Of a stretch of DNA of 50,719 nucleotides, positions 30,455-39,539 are shown one piece after another. The stretch is taken from contig JBDGQO010000065.1 in NCBI GenBank assembly GCA_042219045.1, forward strand, positions 1-50,719, in the 5' to 3' direction. Made by a program: the position numbers and the translations under genes. Below the pieces are notes generated by a model that was not told the DNA's origin, did not search any database, and worked only from the letters and a program-made list of their open reading frames with translations. Positions within the stretch are counted from its first letter, which is position 1. Every line of letters begins with the position of its first letter. Origin of the DNA: Candidatus Bipolaricaulia bacterium. Its GTDB lineage: Bacteria > Bipolaricaulota > Bipolaricaulia > RBG-16-55-9.

Positions 30455-31519
30455 TCAGACGCCGGGCCCGAGCAACATCACGCCGATCAATAATAACAGC
30501 AGAACGACCCAGACAAGAATCGCCCGTCTGCTGGCTCGACGGGCCTTTTGGGCTTCCCACCACGTGGCCGGGCGGATGCCCTGAATGAGGAAGGTCGTGA
30601 CGCCGGCGAGGTTGACGCAGATGATGTTGACAAGCAGCAATTGCAGCGCCCCGAACGCCTCCATCCAGAGCCCTGCGCCCAAGAACATGCCGAAGACCAC
30701 GAGCGGCGGCAAGAGCGCGACCGAGACCATGACGCCGACGACGGCCGTGGACAGCCCCAGCGTGAACGACAGCGCGCCCGCTCCGCCCGATGCCAGCGCG
30801 AGCGCGATGTCGCCGAACCGCGCCTGACTGCGAAGTTGGATCTCGCCAATCGCCGATAGATCCGCGACGTTCGGCAACAGCGGGGGCATGAGCAGGCCGG
30901 CCAATATTGACAGGCCCAATGCCGCACTCAGGCCGCGGCCCGTGATCCGCATGGCCCGCTGCGCCAGTTCCAGATCACCGAGCGTCGTCGCCAGTGCCAG
31001 CGCCATGTTCGGCCCCAACAGCGGTGCGATGACCATCCCGCCAATGATCACGGCGACGTTGTCCGTAACCAACCCCACCGACGCCACGAGCGTGGACAAG
31101 GCGACCAGCACGAGAAACGTCGGAGACGGCCGAACTTGGTCGGAGAGCTGGGTGTAGAGTTCCTCGCGGTTGATGCGCGAGGTCTTCTGGTTGGCCGTCG
31201 TATCATCGTTCGACTCCGGTGTCGTTTCTGCTGTTTCGTTGGTCGGCTCGTCCTCGGGCGGTTCTGGGCGCGGCAGCGTCGCCTCCACGCTGAGCAAAAG
31301 CAACCGGAACTCATCCACGCCGCTGAAGGCCTGATGCAGCGTATCGAGTAGCCCTTCGGTCTCCTCGACGTCTGCGAGCAGACGAATCAGCGCCTGGTCG
31401 TCGGAGCTCCACTCTTCCCAAATGCCGATCGTCCGCTCGTCGGCATCGGGACCCACGAGCTCGTACAGCCGCTCGCTCTGCTCAAGCGGCAAGTAGACCT
31501 CAATCAGCCGGAGCGCCAT
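30455..31519 (-). CDS. TIGR00341/DUF389 family membrane protein
   Basis: AVIIGGMVIAPLLGP, VGVMVSVALLPP, multiple TM helices. Confidence 0.88.
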   Translation of the reverse strand: MALRLIEVYLPLEQSERLYELVGPDADERTIGIWEEWSSDDQALIRLLADVEETEGLLDTLHQAFSGVDEFRLLLLSVEATLPRPEPPEDEPTNETAETTPESNDDTTANQKTSRINREELYTQLSDQVRPSPTFLVLVALSTLVASVGLVTDNVAVIIGGMVIAPLLGPNMALALATTLGDLELAQRAMRITGRGLSAALGLSILAGLLMPPLLPNVADLSAIGEIQLRSQARFGDIALALASGGAGALSFTLGLSTAVVGVMVSVALLPPLVVFGMFLGAGLWMEAFGALQLLLVNIICVNLAGVTTFLIQGIRPATWWEAQKARRASRRAILVWVVLLLLLIGVMLLGPGV

Positions 31520-32001
31520 GGATCGTCACGAGAGCGATCGAATGATTGACCAACGCGTTGTCCAACCCCAGCGTAGGGCACTGATCCCTCGTATCGGGTG
31601 ACATGGAGCACCGTCGGAGCCATTCTCCCCCATCAAGGGTCTGATGGGCATGGTTGTTCGCAAACGTCCGCGCCGAAGGTGGTATGTGTCCTTGGCGTTA
31701 CGCGCATTGCTTGCATCATCATCCCTTCAGTCAGAGCCTTTGTGGCGGCGGGCTTGGTGGTCTCGGTCGGGTCTCCTCCTTGCCTGACCGAGGCCGCGGG
31801 ATGCCAGGGTTTTGCCGCGCGCTTGCCTGATCGCTGTCTCGCGCGGATTTTTCCCCAGCAGCCCGCCATCGGCCAAGCCCGCTCTGCTTTTCCGGAGAAC
31901 CCCGCCAATCTCGACCGCCGAGCCGCCCGCCATCCATCTTATCGCGACGCCAACCTTCGCCGCGGAACGGCGCACCAGAGCTGGCCTCGAACGGTCGCGA
32001 C

Positions 32002-32030
32002 GTGACGCTGCGGCAATGACGGCCTACAAT
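32002..32030 (+). promoter_or_regulatory. Probable promoter of the S9 peptidase
   Basis: GTGACG-17-TACAAT. Confidence 0.45.
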
Positions 32031-32138
32031 AGGTCAACTCCATGGCCGTGTCCGGATCCGGCATGTTCGACCCGACCATACCGCCGTCAAGCGGATCGAT
32101 CCATGACGCCGCCATTCCGCGAAGGAGGAACGATCCCG

Positions 32139-34100
32139 ATGCCTGAGACGCCACTGATTCCGCGAGAGACGCTATTCGGCAACCCGGATCGAGCGATGGT
32201 CCGGCAGAGCCCCGACGGCACGCGCTTGGCCTATATCGCACCGTTGGACGGCGTGCTCAACGTCTGGGTTGCGCCCGCTGATCGGCCTGATGAGGCCGAG
32301 CCGATCACCGACGACGAGGGACGGGGCATCCAGCAATACGTCTGGGCCTACACGAACGACCGCATTCTGTATCAGAAGGACAACGACGGGGACGAAAACT
32401 GGCGCGTCTTCAGCGTCCACATCGACACTCGGGAATCGATCGACTTGACGCCGTTTGAGGGCGTCCAAGCCCAGATTTCTCAACTGAGCCCCGAGTTTCC
32501 GCAAGAGCTCATCGTCGGGCTCAACGACCGCGACCCGCAGCTCCATGACCTCTATCGCATCGACATCGCCACGGGCGAGCGCGAGCTGCTCGTCCAGAAC
32601 AACGAAGGCTTTCTCGGCTACCTCTGCGATGACGGGTTCCGTGTCCGATTCGCGCTGCGCCTCACGCCCGAGGGCGGCATGGAGATGTATCAGCCGAGCG
32701 GGGGAGACGACGACTGGGCGCTTTACGACCAATTTGCGGGTGAGGACGTGCTGACGACCAACCCGCTTGGCCTTGACGCCGAGGGGACGACGCTCTACAT
32801 GATCGACAGTCGCGGGCGCGACACGGCCGCCGCCGTGGCGGTTGATCTCAACTCGTCCGAACGCCACGTCTTGGCCGCCGACGACCGCGCCGACGCGAGC
32901 GACGCGCTCACCCACCCGCGCGAGCGGCGCGTGCAGGCCATCGCGTTCAACTACAAGCGCAAGCACTGGCAGATCATCGACGAGCGCATCCGCGACGACC
33001 TCGATCGTCTCAGCCGGGTCGAGGACGGGGAGGTCGAGGTCGTGAGCCGAACCCTGGACGACGAACAGTGGATCGTCGCCTACGCCCGGGACGATGGCCC
33101 CGTTCACTACTATCGCTACGATCGGGCGTCGAGGACGGCCGACTTTCTGTTCACGAACCACGAGGCGCTCGAGGGCCAGCCGCTGGCCCGCATGCATCCC
33201 GTCGTCATCGAGTCCCGCGACGGCCTCAACCTCGTCAGTTACCTGACGTTGCCACCGGACCGCGACCTCGACGGCGACGGGCGGCCCGATGGGCCCCTGC
33301 CGATGGTGCTCTACGTCCATGGCGGCCCGTGGGCCCGCGATACGTGGGGATATCACCCGACCCATCAATGGCTTGCCAATCGCGGCTACGCCGCGCTCAG
33401 CGTCAACTACCGTGGCTCGACGGGCTTCGGCAAGTCGTTCATCAACGCCGCCGATCGGGAATGGGCCGGGGCGATGCACGACGATCTCATCGACGCCGTC
33501 GACTGGGCCATCGAACAGCGCATCGCCGATCCGGATCGAGTCGGCATCATGGGCGGCAGCTACGGCGGCTACGCCACGCTCGTCGGCCTGACGTTCACCC
33601 CTGATAAATTCGCCTGTGGCGTGGACATCGTCGGCCCGTCCAGCCTGATCACGCTCGTGGAGAACGTCCCGCCCTACTGGATGCCGATGCTGCCCGTGTT
33701 GACGCAACGCGTGGGCGATCCCAACACCGACGAGGGGCGGGAGTTCTTGAGATCGCGCTCGCCGCTCACCCACGTCGAAGAGATTCAGAAGCCGCTCTTG
33801 ATCGGACAGGGCGCAAACGACCCGCGCGTCAAGCAGCACGAGTCGGACCAGATCGTCGACGCCATGCAGGAGAAGGGGATCCCCGTCACCTACGTCCTCT
33901 ATCCCGACGAGGGCCACGGCTTCGTGCGACCCGAGAATCGCCTGTCGTTTACGGCGATTGCGGAAGCGTTCTTAGCTGAGCACCTCGGCGGCCGTGTCGA
34001 GCCGGTTGGCGACGATCTTGAGGGATCGAGCGTACAGATCCCCGCAGGTGCCGAAGGGGTTCAAGGGCTCGCCGACGCGTTGAGTGCGGTGTCGGGCTAG
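32139..34100 (+). CDS. S9 family peptidase (dipeptidyl aminopeptidase/acylaminoacyl peptidase)
   Basis: VHGGPW, GGSYGGY nucleophile, GANDPRV, DEGHGF. ATG follows AAGGAGG. Confidence 0.94.
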   Translation: MPETPLIPRETLFGNPDRAMVRQSPDGTRLAYIAPLDGVLNVWVAPADRPDEAEPITDDEGRGIQQYVWAYTNDRILYQKDNDGDENWRVFSVHIDTRESIDLTPFEGVQAQISQLSPEFPQELIVGLNDRDPQLHDLYRIDIATGERELLVQNNEGFLGYLCDDGFRVRFALRLTPEGGMEMYQPSGGDDDWALYDQFAGEDVLTTNPLGLDAEGTTLYMIDSRGRDTAAAVAVDLNSSERHVLAADDRADASDALTHPRERRVQAIAFNYKRKHWQIIDERIRDDLDRLSRVEDGEVEVVSRTLDDEQWIVAYARDDGPVHYYRYDRASRTADFLFTNHEALEGQPLARMHPVVIESRDGLNLVSYLTLPPDRDLDGDGRPDGPLPMVLYVHGGPWARDTWGYHPTHQWLANRGYAALSVNYRGSTGFGKSFINAADREWAGAMHDDLIDAVDWAIEQRIADPDRVGIMGGSYGGYATLVGLTFTPDKFACGVDIVGPSSLITLVENVPPYWMPMLPVLTQRVGDPNTDEGREFLRSRSPLTHVEEIQKPLLIGQGANDPRVKQHESDQIVDAMQEKGIPVTYVLYPDEGHGFVRPENRLSFTAIAEAFLAEHLGGRVEPVGDDLEGSSVQIPAGAEGVQGLADALSAVSG

Positions 34101-34106
34101 ACGGCC

Positions 34107-34727
34107 TCACAGGCCAGCCGGACACCAGTCCAACGGCGCAGCCACCCGAATGGGCGGCTGGCCCCGGTGGACTTGCCGCTGGACGTAGCGCAGTTCCACG
34201 CGGCAGCCGGTGGCCATGATTTGCGGCGCCGAGCTGGGATCGGTCTGGGCCCGCTCGAACGGCAGAACGGCGGCCGGTTCGCCCATCGCTTGTCGAGACG
34301 CAGCGATCAAGCGGATGCGGGCCTCGAGCGTGCGGATCTGGACGAGATAAAATCCCGCCGAAAGCCCGGTGCGCTGGCCCGTCGCTTGAATGACTCGGGC
34401 ACCGCTCGGCAAGGAGAGGTAGGCCAGTCCGACGACGGCGACGCGATCGGGGTCGGCCAGCGCCAACGTGTCGAATCCCGCCACGAGCGCGTGGGCGATC
34501 GTCAGATCATTGCGGGAGAGGTAGGCTGCTTGATCGGATTGGACCGACACGTCGAACTTATCCGCGGCCTGGGCCATGGCCGTGGCCACCCGATCCCGAA
34601 GATCTTGGTCGACCGTTTCCATGGCCCGAGACCCCGTGGCTTCAGACTCCGACGGGGCCAACAAGGCGCAGGCGCTCGTTGCCATCCCGACAAGCGCTAA
34701 CAACAACGTCAGTTTGAGTATCCGCAT
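34107..34727 (-). CDS. Hypothetical lipoprotein
   Basis: AAGGAGG RBS; MRILKLTLLLALVGMATSA-C lipobox. Confidence 0.7.
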   Translation of the reverse strand: MRILKLTLLLALVGMATSACALLAPSESEATGSRAMETVDQDLRDRVATAMAQAADKFDVSVQSDQAAYLSRNDLTIAHALVAGFDTLALADPDRVAVVGLAYLSLPSGARVIQATGQRTGLSAGFYLVQIRTLEARIRLIAASRQAMGEPAAVLPFERAQTDPSSAPQIMATGCRVELRYVQRQVHRGQPPIRVAAPLDWCPAGL

Positions 34728-34879
34728 GCTGCCTCCTTCTGCTGCGCCATTCGGCGCGACCTGCCTAGAATGGCGTGTTGACGTCAACTTGAGAATAGCA
34801 GATTCAGCCTGGCCAAGCGGAGCCATTCGGACGTCAAAGGTGAGCTCGACGGAGGGGAGGCCAGGGAAGCTACAGCGGA

Positions 34880-36505
34880 TCAGTTGGGGGGGCGGTCTTG
34901 ATAGAGGTAGCGCTTGACGTCCTCCAGCGTCGTCTTCTCGAAGGGCTCGTCGACGAGGATGACGTCCTGCTCGCTTTTGATGCGCTTGTAGGTAGCCAGG
35001 TGGCGGTTGCGTTGGCGGATCTCGTTCCAGATCAACGTGCGCAGCTCGTCTTCATCGCGGTGATTCCCCGCTTCATGGAAGTTGGGATAGACGAGCGCCT
35101 GGATGACGTCTTGGCCCTTGCGTTCGGCTTGGCGGACGACGATCTCCTGGATATAGGGGCTGTGCAGCAGCTCCCACTCGATCTCCTCGGGATAGACGTT
35201 CTTGCCCGTCTCCAGAACGATAACGTTCTTGCAGCGGCCCTTGATATAGATCCAGCCGTCCTCGTCGATGTAGGCCAGGTCGCCCGTGTGGAGCCAGCCG
35301 TCCTCGTCGAGGATTTCACGGGTGCGGCGTTCGTTCCTATAGTACCCCTGCATGACGTTCGGGCCGCGCACGAGCAACTCGCCGATCCCCTCCTCGTTGG
35401 CGTCGGTCAGCTTCGCCTCCACGTTGGGCATGGGCGGCCCGACCGTGCCGACCTTCGGCGTGAACGCGTCGCTGAAGCAGATGACGGGGGCTGTTTCGGT
35501 CAGCCCATAGCCCTCGATCACGCCGATGCCGAGGTTGCGGAACCCCGTTGCGACCTCGGGGGCCAACGGCGCGCTGCCGGAGACGAAAAAGCGCAGCCGA
35601 CCGCCCGTCATCCGCTGGCGGATCGTTCGCCCAACGAGCCGCGGCGCGATCCGCTTGAGCATGCGCTGCCAGCGATTGGCGTCGATCCGCGCGGTGAGCC
35701 GTTCGTACATGGAATGGAACAGCTTCGGCACGGCCACGAGCACGGTCGCCTGGTGGCGGGCCGTGACGTCGGCCAGGTTGGCGTAGTCGTTGGTGTAGAC
35801 GACGGTGCCGCCCTTCCAGAGCGTGGCGATCAACACGACGAGCCCGAAGCTGTGGTTCCAGGGGGCGATCGTGACCATGACGTCGTCCGAGGTGACGTGC
35901 AGCCGCTCAAACACGGCCTGGACGTTGCTCGTGATGTTCTCGTTGCTGAGCATGACCGACTTGGCATCGCCCATGGTCCCCGAGGTGCACAGCATCGCGG
36001 CAAGGTCATCGGGCTCGCGCTCGCGGGGCGTGAACGATTGATCGGCGATAAAGTCGTCCCATTTCAGGAAGTCCCCGTTGCTGGCGAGGTCGGCGTCGTC
36101 GAGGTCGAGCACGACGGTCAGTTCCTGGGTGGCCAGCCCGCTGACGCTGGCGTAGACGTCGCCGGCGACGATCACCCCCACGGCGTCGGTCGCGCTGACG
36201 AGGCGATGGATTTCCGTCTTGCGCAACAGGGGGTCGATCGGAATCGCGACGGCGCCGGCCTTCAATATGCCCAGAAACGAACTGACCCACTCCGGCCGCG
36301 GCTTCGACAGGATGACCACGTGGTCGCCCGGTCGAATGCCCCAATGCTCAAGGCCGGCGGCCACGGCGTCCGACTGCGCCTCCAGGTCGCCGCAGGTGAT
36401 CTGAGGCGGTTCAGCGGTGCCGGCGGCCTCGATGCAGATGGCTCGATGGGAGCGATGCCGCTGCATCGCATCGGAGAGGGCATCGACGAGGACCGGATAG
36501 CTCAT
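34880..36505 (-). CDS. AMP-binding long-chain acyl-CoA synthetase
   Basis: CTSGTMGDAKSV, EGYGLTETAP, WLHTGD, GKNVYPEEIE. Confidence 0.9.
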   Translation of the reverse strand: MSYPVLVDALSDAMQRHRSHRAICIEAAGTAEPPQITCGDLEAQSDAVAAGLEHWGIRPGDHVVILSKPRPEWVSSFLGILKAGAVAIPIDPLLRKTEIHRLVSATDAVGVIVAGDVYASVSGLATQELTVVLDLDDADLASNGDFLKWDDFIADQSFTPREREPDDLAAMLCTSGTMGDAKSVMLSNENITSNVQAVFERLHVTSDDVMVTIAPWNHSFGLVVLIATLWKGGTVVYTNDYANLADVTARHQATVLVAVPKLFHSMYERLTARIDANRWQRMLKRIAPRLVGRTIRQRMTGGRLRFFVSGSAPLAPEVATGFRNLGIGVIEGYGLTETAPVICFSDAFTPKVGTVGPPMPNVEAKLTDANEEGIGELLVRGPNVMQGYYRNERRTREILDEDGWLHTGDLAYIDEDGWIYIKGRCKNVIVLETGKNVYPEEIEWELLHSPYIQEIVVRQAERKGQDVIQALVYPNFHEAGNHRDEDELRTLIWNEIRQRNRHLATYKRIKSEQDVILVDEPFEKTTLEDVKRYLYQDRPPN

Positions 36506-36508
36506 GGG

Positions 36509-37543
36509 CTAAACTTCGACGGCTTCGACGCTGGACGGCCAGTGGCCATTCTCAAGGTATTTTTCCGCTTCCAGGGCGGCGATGCAGCCGTCGCCGGCGG
36601 CGACGACCGCTTGGGCGTATTCGCCGGAGAGCTGGCGCACGTCGCCGACGCCGAACACGCCCGGAACCTCGGTGCGCATGCGGACGTCGGTGTAGAGATA
36701 CCCCAGCTCATCCATCTCCAGCTTGCCGCGGAGGAAGCCGGTGGCCGGCTCGTGGCCGATGTTGACGAAGACGCCGTCGGTCTCCCATTCGCGTCGCTCG
36801 CCCGTCTTGACGTCCTTCAGGATGACGGACTGGACCATGCCGTTGCCCTTGACTTCCTCGACTTGCGTGTTCCAGATGAAGTTGACTTTCGGGTTGTTGA
36901 GAACCTTGTCCACGAGCTGCTGGTCCTTGGCACGGAACCGATTCGGGTCGTCTTTGTCGTGGCGCACGACCATGTGGACCTGGTTGGCGAACTTCGTCAA
37001 GAACTGGGCCTCGGTGAAGCCGGAGTCGCCCGCGCCGATCTCGAGGAGGTTCTTGTCCTTGAAAAAGAACGCGTCGCAGACCGCGCAGTAGGACAGGCCC
37101 TTGCCCTTGAATTCCGAGGCACCCTCGGCGGGTAGCTCAACCGGGCCGGCACCCGTCGAGAGGATCACCACGGGCGCCTCGTGGACGCCGCGGTCGGTGG
37201 TGACGCGATGGAGGCGCCCATTGGCGTGCCACTCCACGTCGGCCACTTCCTCCATGAGGATCTCCGCCCCCAAGCGTTCCGCCTGTTGGCGCGTCCGATC
37301 CATCAAATCGGGGCCTTGGATCGCCTCGACGAAGCCGGGGAAGTTCTCCACGTCCGAGGTGTCGTTCAACTGGCCGCCCGGAAGCTCCTTGTCGATCATC
37401 CGGGTGTTGAGTTGGGCGCGTGCGGCGTAGATCGCGGCCGTCAGGCCGGCGGGGCCGCCGCCGATGATCAGAATGTCGGGGCCGGCTGACCCGTTTGTCG
37501 CGGGTTCGGTTTGGGGTTCTTCCGTGGGAATTGCCATGTTCAT
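36509..37543 (-). CDS. trxB: Thioredoxin-disulfide reductase
   Basis: IIGGGPAGLTAAIY, PGGQL, VENFPG, SYCAVCD, GVFGVGDV. Confidence 0.9.
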   Translation of the reverse strand: MNMAIPTEEPQTEPATNGSAGPDILIIGGGPAGLTAAIYAARAQLNTRMIDKELPGGQLNDTSDVENFPGFVEAIQGPDLMDRTRQQAERLGAEILMEEVADVEWHANGRLHRVTTDRGVHEAPVVILSTGAGPVELPAEGASEFKGKGLSYCAVCDAFFFKDKNLLEIGAGDSGFTEAQFLTKFANQVHMVVRHDKDDPNRFRAKDQQLVDKVLNNPKVNFIWNTQVEEVKGNGMVQSVILKDVKTGERREWETDGVFVNIGHEPATGFLRGKLEMDELGYLYTDVRMRTEVPGVFGVGDVRQLSGEYAQAVVAAGDGCIAALEAEKYLENGHWPSSVEAVEV

Positions 37544-37609
37544 CGTCGTTGCACCTCCGGAATTTCAGGTCGGTCGTGCGAAGAAATCTTTCGGAAAATC
37601 GGGGTTTTC

Positions 37610-37638
37610 ATCTTAGTTGCCCCCCACGAGCGTGTCAA
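37610..37638 (-). promoter_or_regulatory. Promoter of trxB
   Basis: TTGACA-17-TAAGAT. Confidence 0.65.
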
Positions 37639-37645
37639 CGCGGGC

Positions 37646-38302
37646 TTAAGGCACCGGGGGCTCCGTCAGCTGGGCGCCGATGTTGTAGCCCTCGGTGCCG
37701 AAGTACGACGCGAACATGACGGGAAACGTGATGTAGACCGTGTTCCGGATCGTCTTCTCGTGAGGGCGCAGCACGCGCATGAGCAACGGAAACGTTCGTT
37801 TCAGGTATTCCGGGGTCTCCTCCGGCGCCACCAGCTCCTTCGCGGCTCCCGGCTCAAACAGCGGGTTGATCAGGTTGAGCCACAACCCGGACGCCGTGAC
37901 CATGCCGCCGAACGCGCCGATGAACGTTCCGATCAGCGTTGCCGTGAGGCTGCCCTGGACGCCGGCCAGCGACCCGGCCGTGGCGATGCCCACGGACGAC
38001 CCCAAGAACACCAACAAGGGATACCCGATCGGGCGATACACGGTTCGGAACGTGGTCCAACACAGCTGGGAGTCGTCGACGTCCGAGCAAAAGTAGGCGA
38101 AATACTGTTCCAGGGCGCTGACCCCAGCCAGACCGCCGATGCTGCCGCCCATGAACTCGGCAAAGTAGTAGTCCTGTGCGGTCGGTTGATCCGCCGGGGT
38201 GCTGTCCTGCGCCGAGGCTGGCGACGGCAGCGCGAGAAGCATCAACCCGATGGCCAATGCGGCGGCGATGGCCTGAGAGCCGACGTTCCTTCCAATATTC
38301 AT
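37646..38302 (-). CDS. Hypothetical membrane protein with signal peptide and Gly-rich helices
   Basis: Signal-like N-terminus (LALPSPASA-Q), GxxxG helices, one Cys pair. Confidence 0.7.
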   Translation of the reverse strand: MNIGRNVGSQAIAAALAIGLMLLALPSPASAQDSTPADQPTAQDYYFAEFMGGSIGGLAGVSALEQYFAYFCSDVDDSQLCWTTFRTVYRPIGYPLLVFLGSSVGIATAGSLAGVQGSLTATLIGTFIGAFGGMVTASGLWLNLINPLFEPGAAKELVAPEETPEYLKRTFPLLMRVLRPHEKTIRNTVYITFPVMFASYFGTEGYNIGAQLTEPPVP

Positions 38303-38382
38303 TACGTTCCCATTGTAGAAGGCACAAACGAGGGATCACAACCGTCTTGACGCGGCGCAGGGTCCCATTTACGCTAAGGCGG

Positions 38383-38742
38383 ATGGACCGCCAACGATTT
38401 GAAGGGCTCGTCGAGGAGGCGCTGGATCAGCTCCCGGAGTTCTTCCAGAACAAACTGGAGAACCTAGCTGTGATCGTCGAGGACGAGCCCTCGCCCGAGG
38501 TCGTCGAGGAGTTTGCCGACGACGGCATCCTGGGGCTCTATCAGGGGATTCCGCTGCCCGACCGCAGCGTCTGGGACGACAACCCCTATCCGGACGTCAT
38601 CTCCATCTATCAGCGCAACATTGAGTCGATCGCCCGTACCAATGATGAAGTCATTGAGGAGGTCCGCATTACGGTGATGCACGAGATCGGCCACTACTTC
38701 GGCATGGACGAGGACGACCTGGCCGAGCTCGGCCTCGAATAG
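38383..38742 (+). CDS. Small zincin-like metallopeptidase (DUF1025 type)
   Basis: ALDQLP, LGLYQGIPL, PDVISIYQ, TVMHEIGHYFG. Confidence 0.9.
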   Translation: MDRQRFEGLVEEALDQLPEFFQNKLENLAVIVEDEPSPEVVEEFADDGILGLYQGIPLPDRSVWDDNPYPDVISIYQRNIESIARTNDEVIEEVRITVMHEIGHYFGMDEDDLAELGLE

Positions 38743-38773
38743 CTCCGTTTTCGCGCCAGATCACGAAGACGCC

Positions 38774-39427
38774 TCAGCCCCTGGGCGGGCGGTAGTCGTC
38801 GGGATCTTGCAGAAACGCCAGCACAGCCTCATGGTCCGCCGGCGTCAATTGGCCGCGCCTTTGCAAGGCATCCATCAACTCGTCCCAGTTGGTCAGGCTA
38901 ATTAGGTCCAATCCGCGCTCCCGAAGCCGGCTCCGTGCTTCACGCAGGCCGGCCCGGTTGCTGGCGTACTCGAAGACGCAGAGGCAGTGTCGGACGTCGG
39001 CCCCGGCGTCGAGGATGCCGTCTTGGAAAGCGACCTTGCTTCCGCCGTCGGTGACGAGATCTTCCACCAAGAGGACGCGGTCGCCATCATCGCCGATGTG
39101 GCCCTCGATCTGCTGGCCGCGGCCGTGAGCCTTCGGCGTCTTGCGGACGTAGATGAGAGGCCGCTCCAGCTCGAGCGCCACAAACGACGCGAACGGAATG
39201 CCGGCCGTCTCGCCGCCGGCCACGACGTTGAAGCTGGCCAAGCCGATCTCGTCGCGGGCCGCCTGAACGAGGCCCTGGACGACCTTGCGCCGCGGACCCG
39301 GAAACGCGAGGAGCCGCCGGACGTCGACGTAGACGGGAGAACGCCGCCCGGAAGCCAACTGGAACGGATCCTGCGGTCGAATCTGGACCGCCTCCGCGTC
39401 GATGAGTGCCTCGGCCACGCATTCCAT
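38774..39427 (-). CDS. pyrE: Orotate phosphoribosyltransferase
   Basis: FQLASGRRSPVYVD, AGGETAGIP, YVRKTPKAHG, LLVEDLVTDGGS. Confidence 0.92.
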   Translation of the reverse strand: MECVAEALIDAEAVQIRPQDPFQLASGRRSPVYVDVRRLLAFPGPRRKVVQGLVQAARDEIGLASFNVVAGGETAGIPFASFVALELERPLIYVRKTPKAHGRGQQIEGHIGDDGDRVLLVEDLVTDGGSKVAFQDGILDAGADVRHCLCVFEYASNRAGLREARSRLRERGLDLISLTNWDELMDALQRRGQLTPADHEAVLAFLQDPDDYRPPRG

Positions 39428-39539
39428 GATCATCCCAGCATAAGCGGGTTGTGCGGTGCGAGTCAACGCTATTGTAACAGGAAACCGGGGTATGCTAGCG
39501 TAGGTGAAATCCGTCCAACACGTTTCAAGGGGGTTTCCC

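Noticed and set aside
31770..31835. Glycine- or cobalamin-riboswitch resemblance (TCAGGCAAG twice, GGAGACC on minus)
   Set aside because: The other conserved core elements are missing; kept only as an unassigned structure.
31938..32020. SAM-I riboswitch-like words (CTTATC, CTGGCC, CGGCAA)
   Set aside because: Spacing is wrong and the GAGGGA kink-turn, GGTGC and AGAT elements are absent.
31598..32138. ORF-track ORFs in this gap and the 31812 extension of the S9 peptidase
   Set aside because: They have low-complexity, non-coding-like composition; the peptidase has a strong RBS at ATG 32139.
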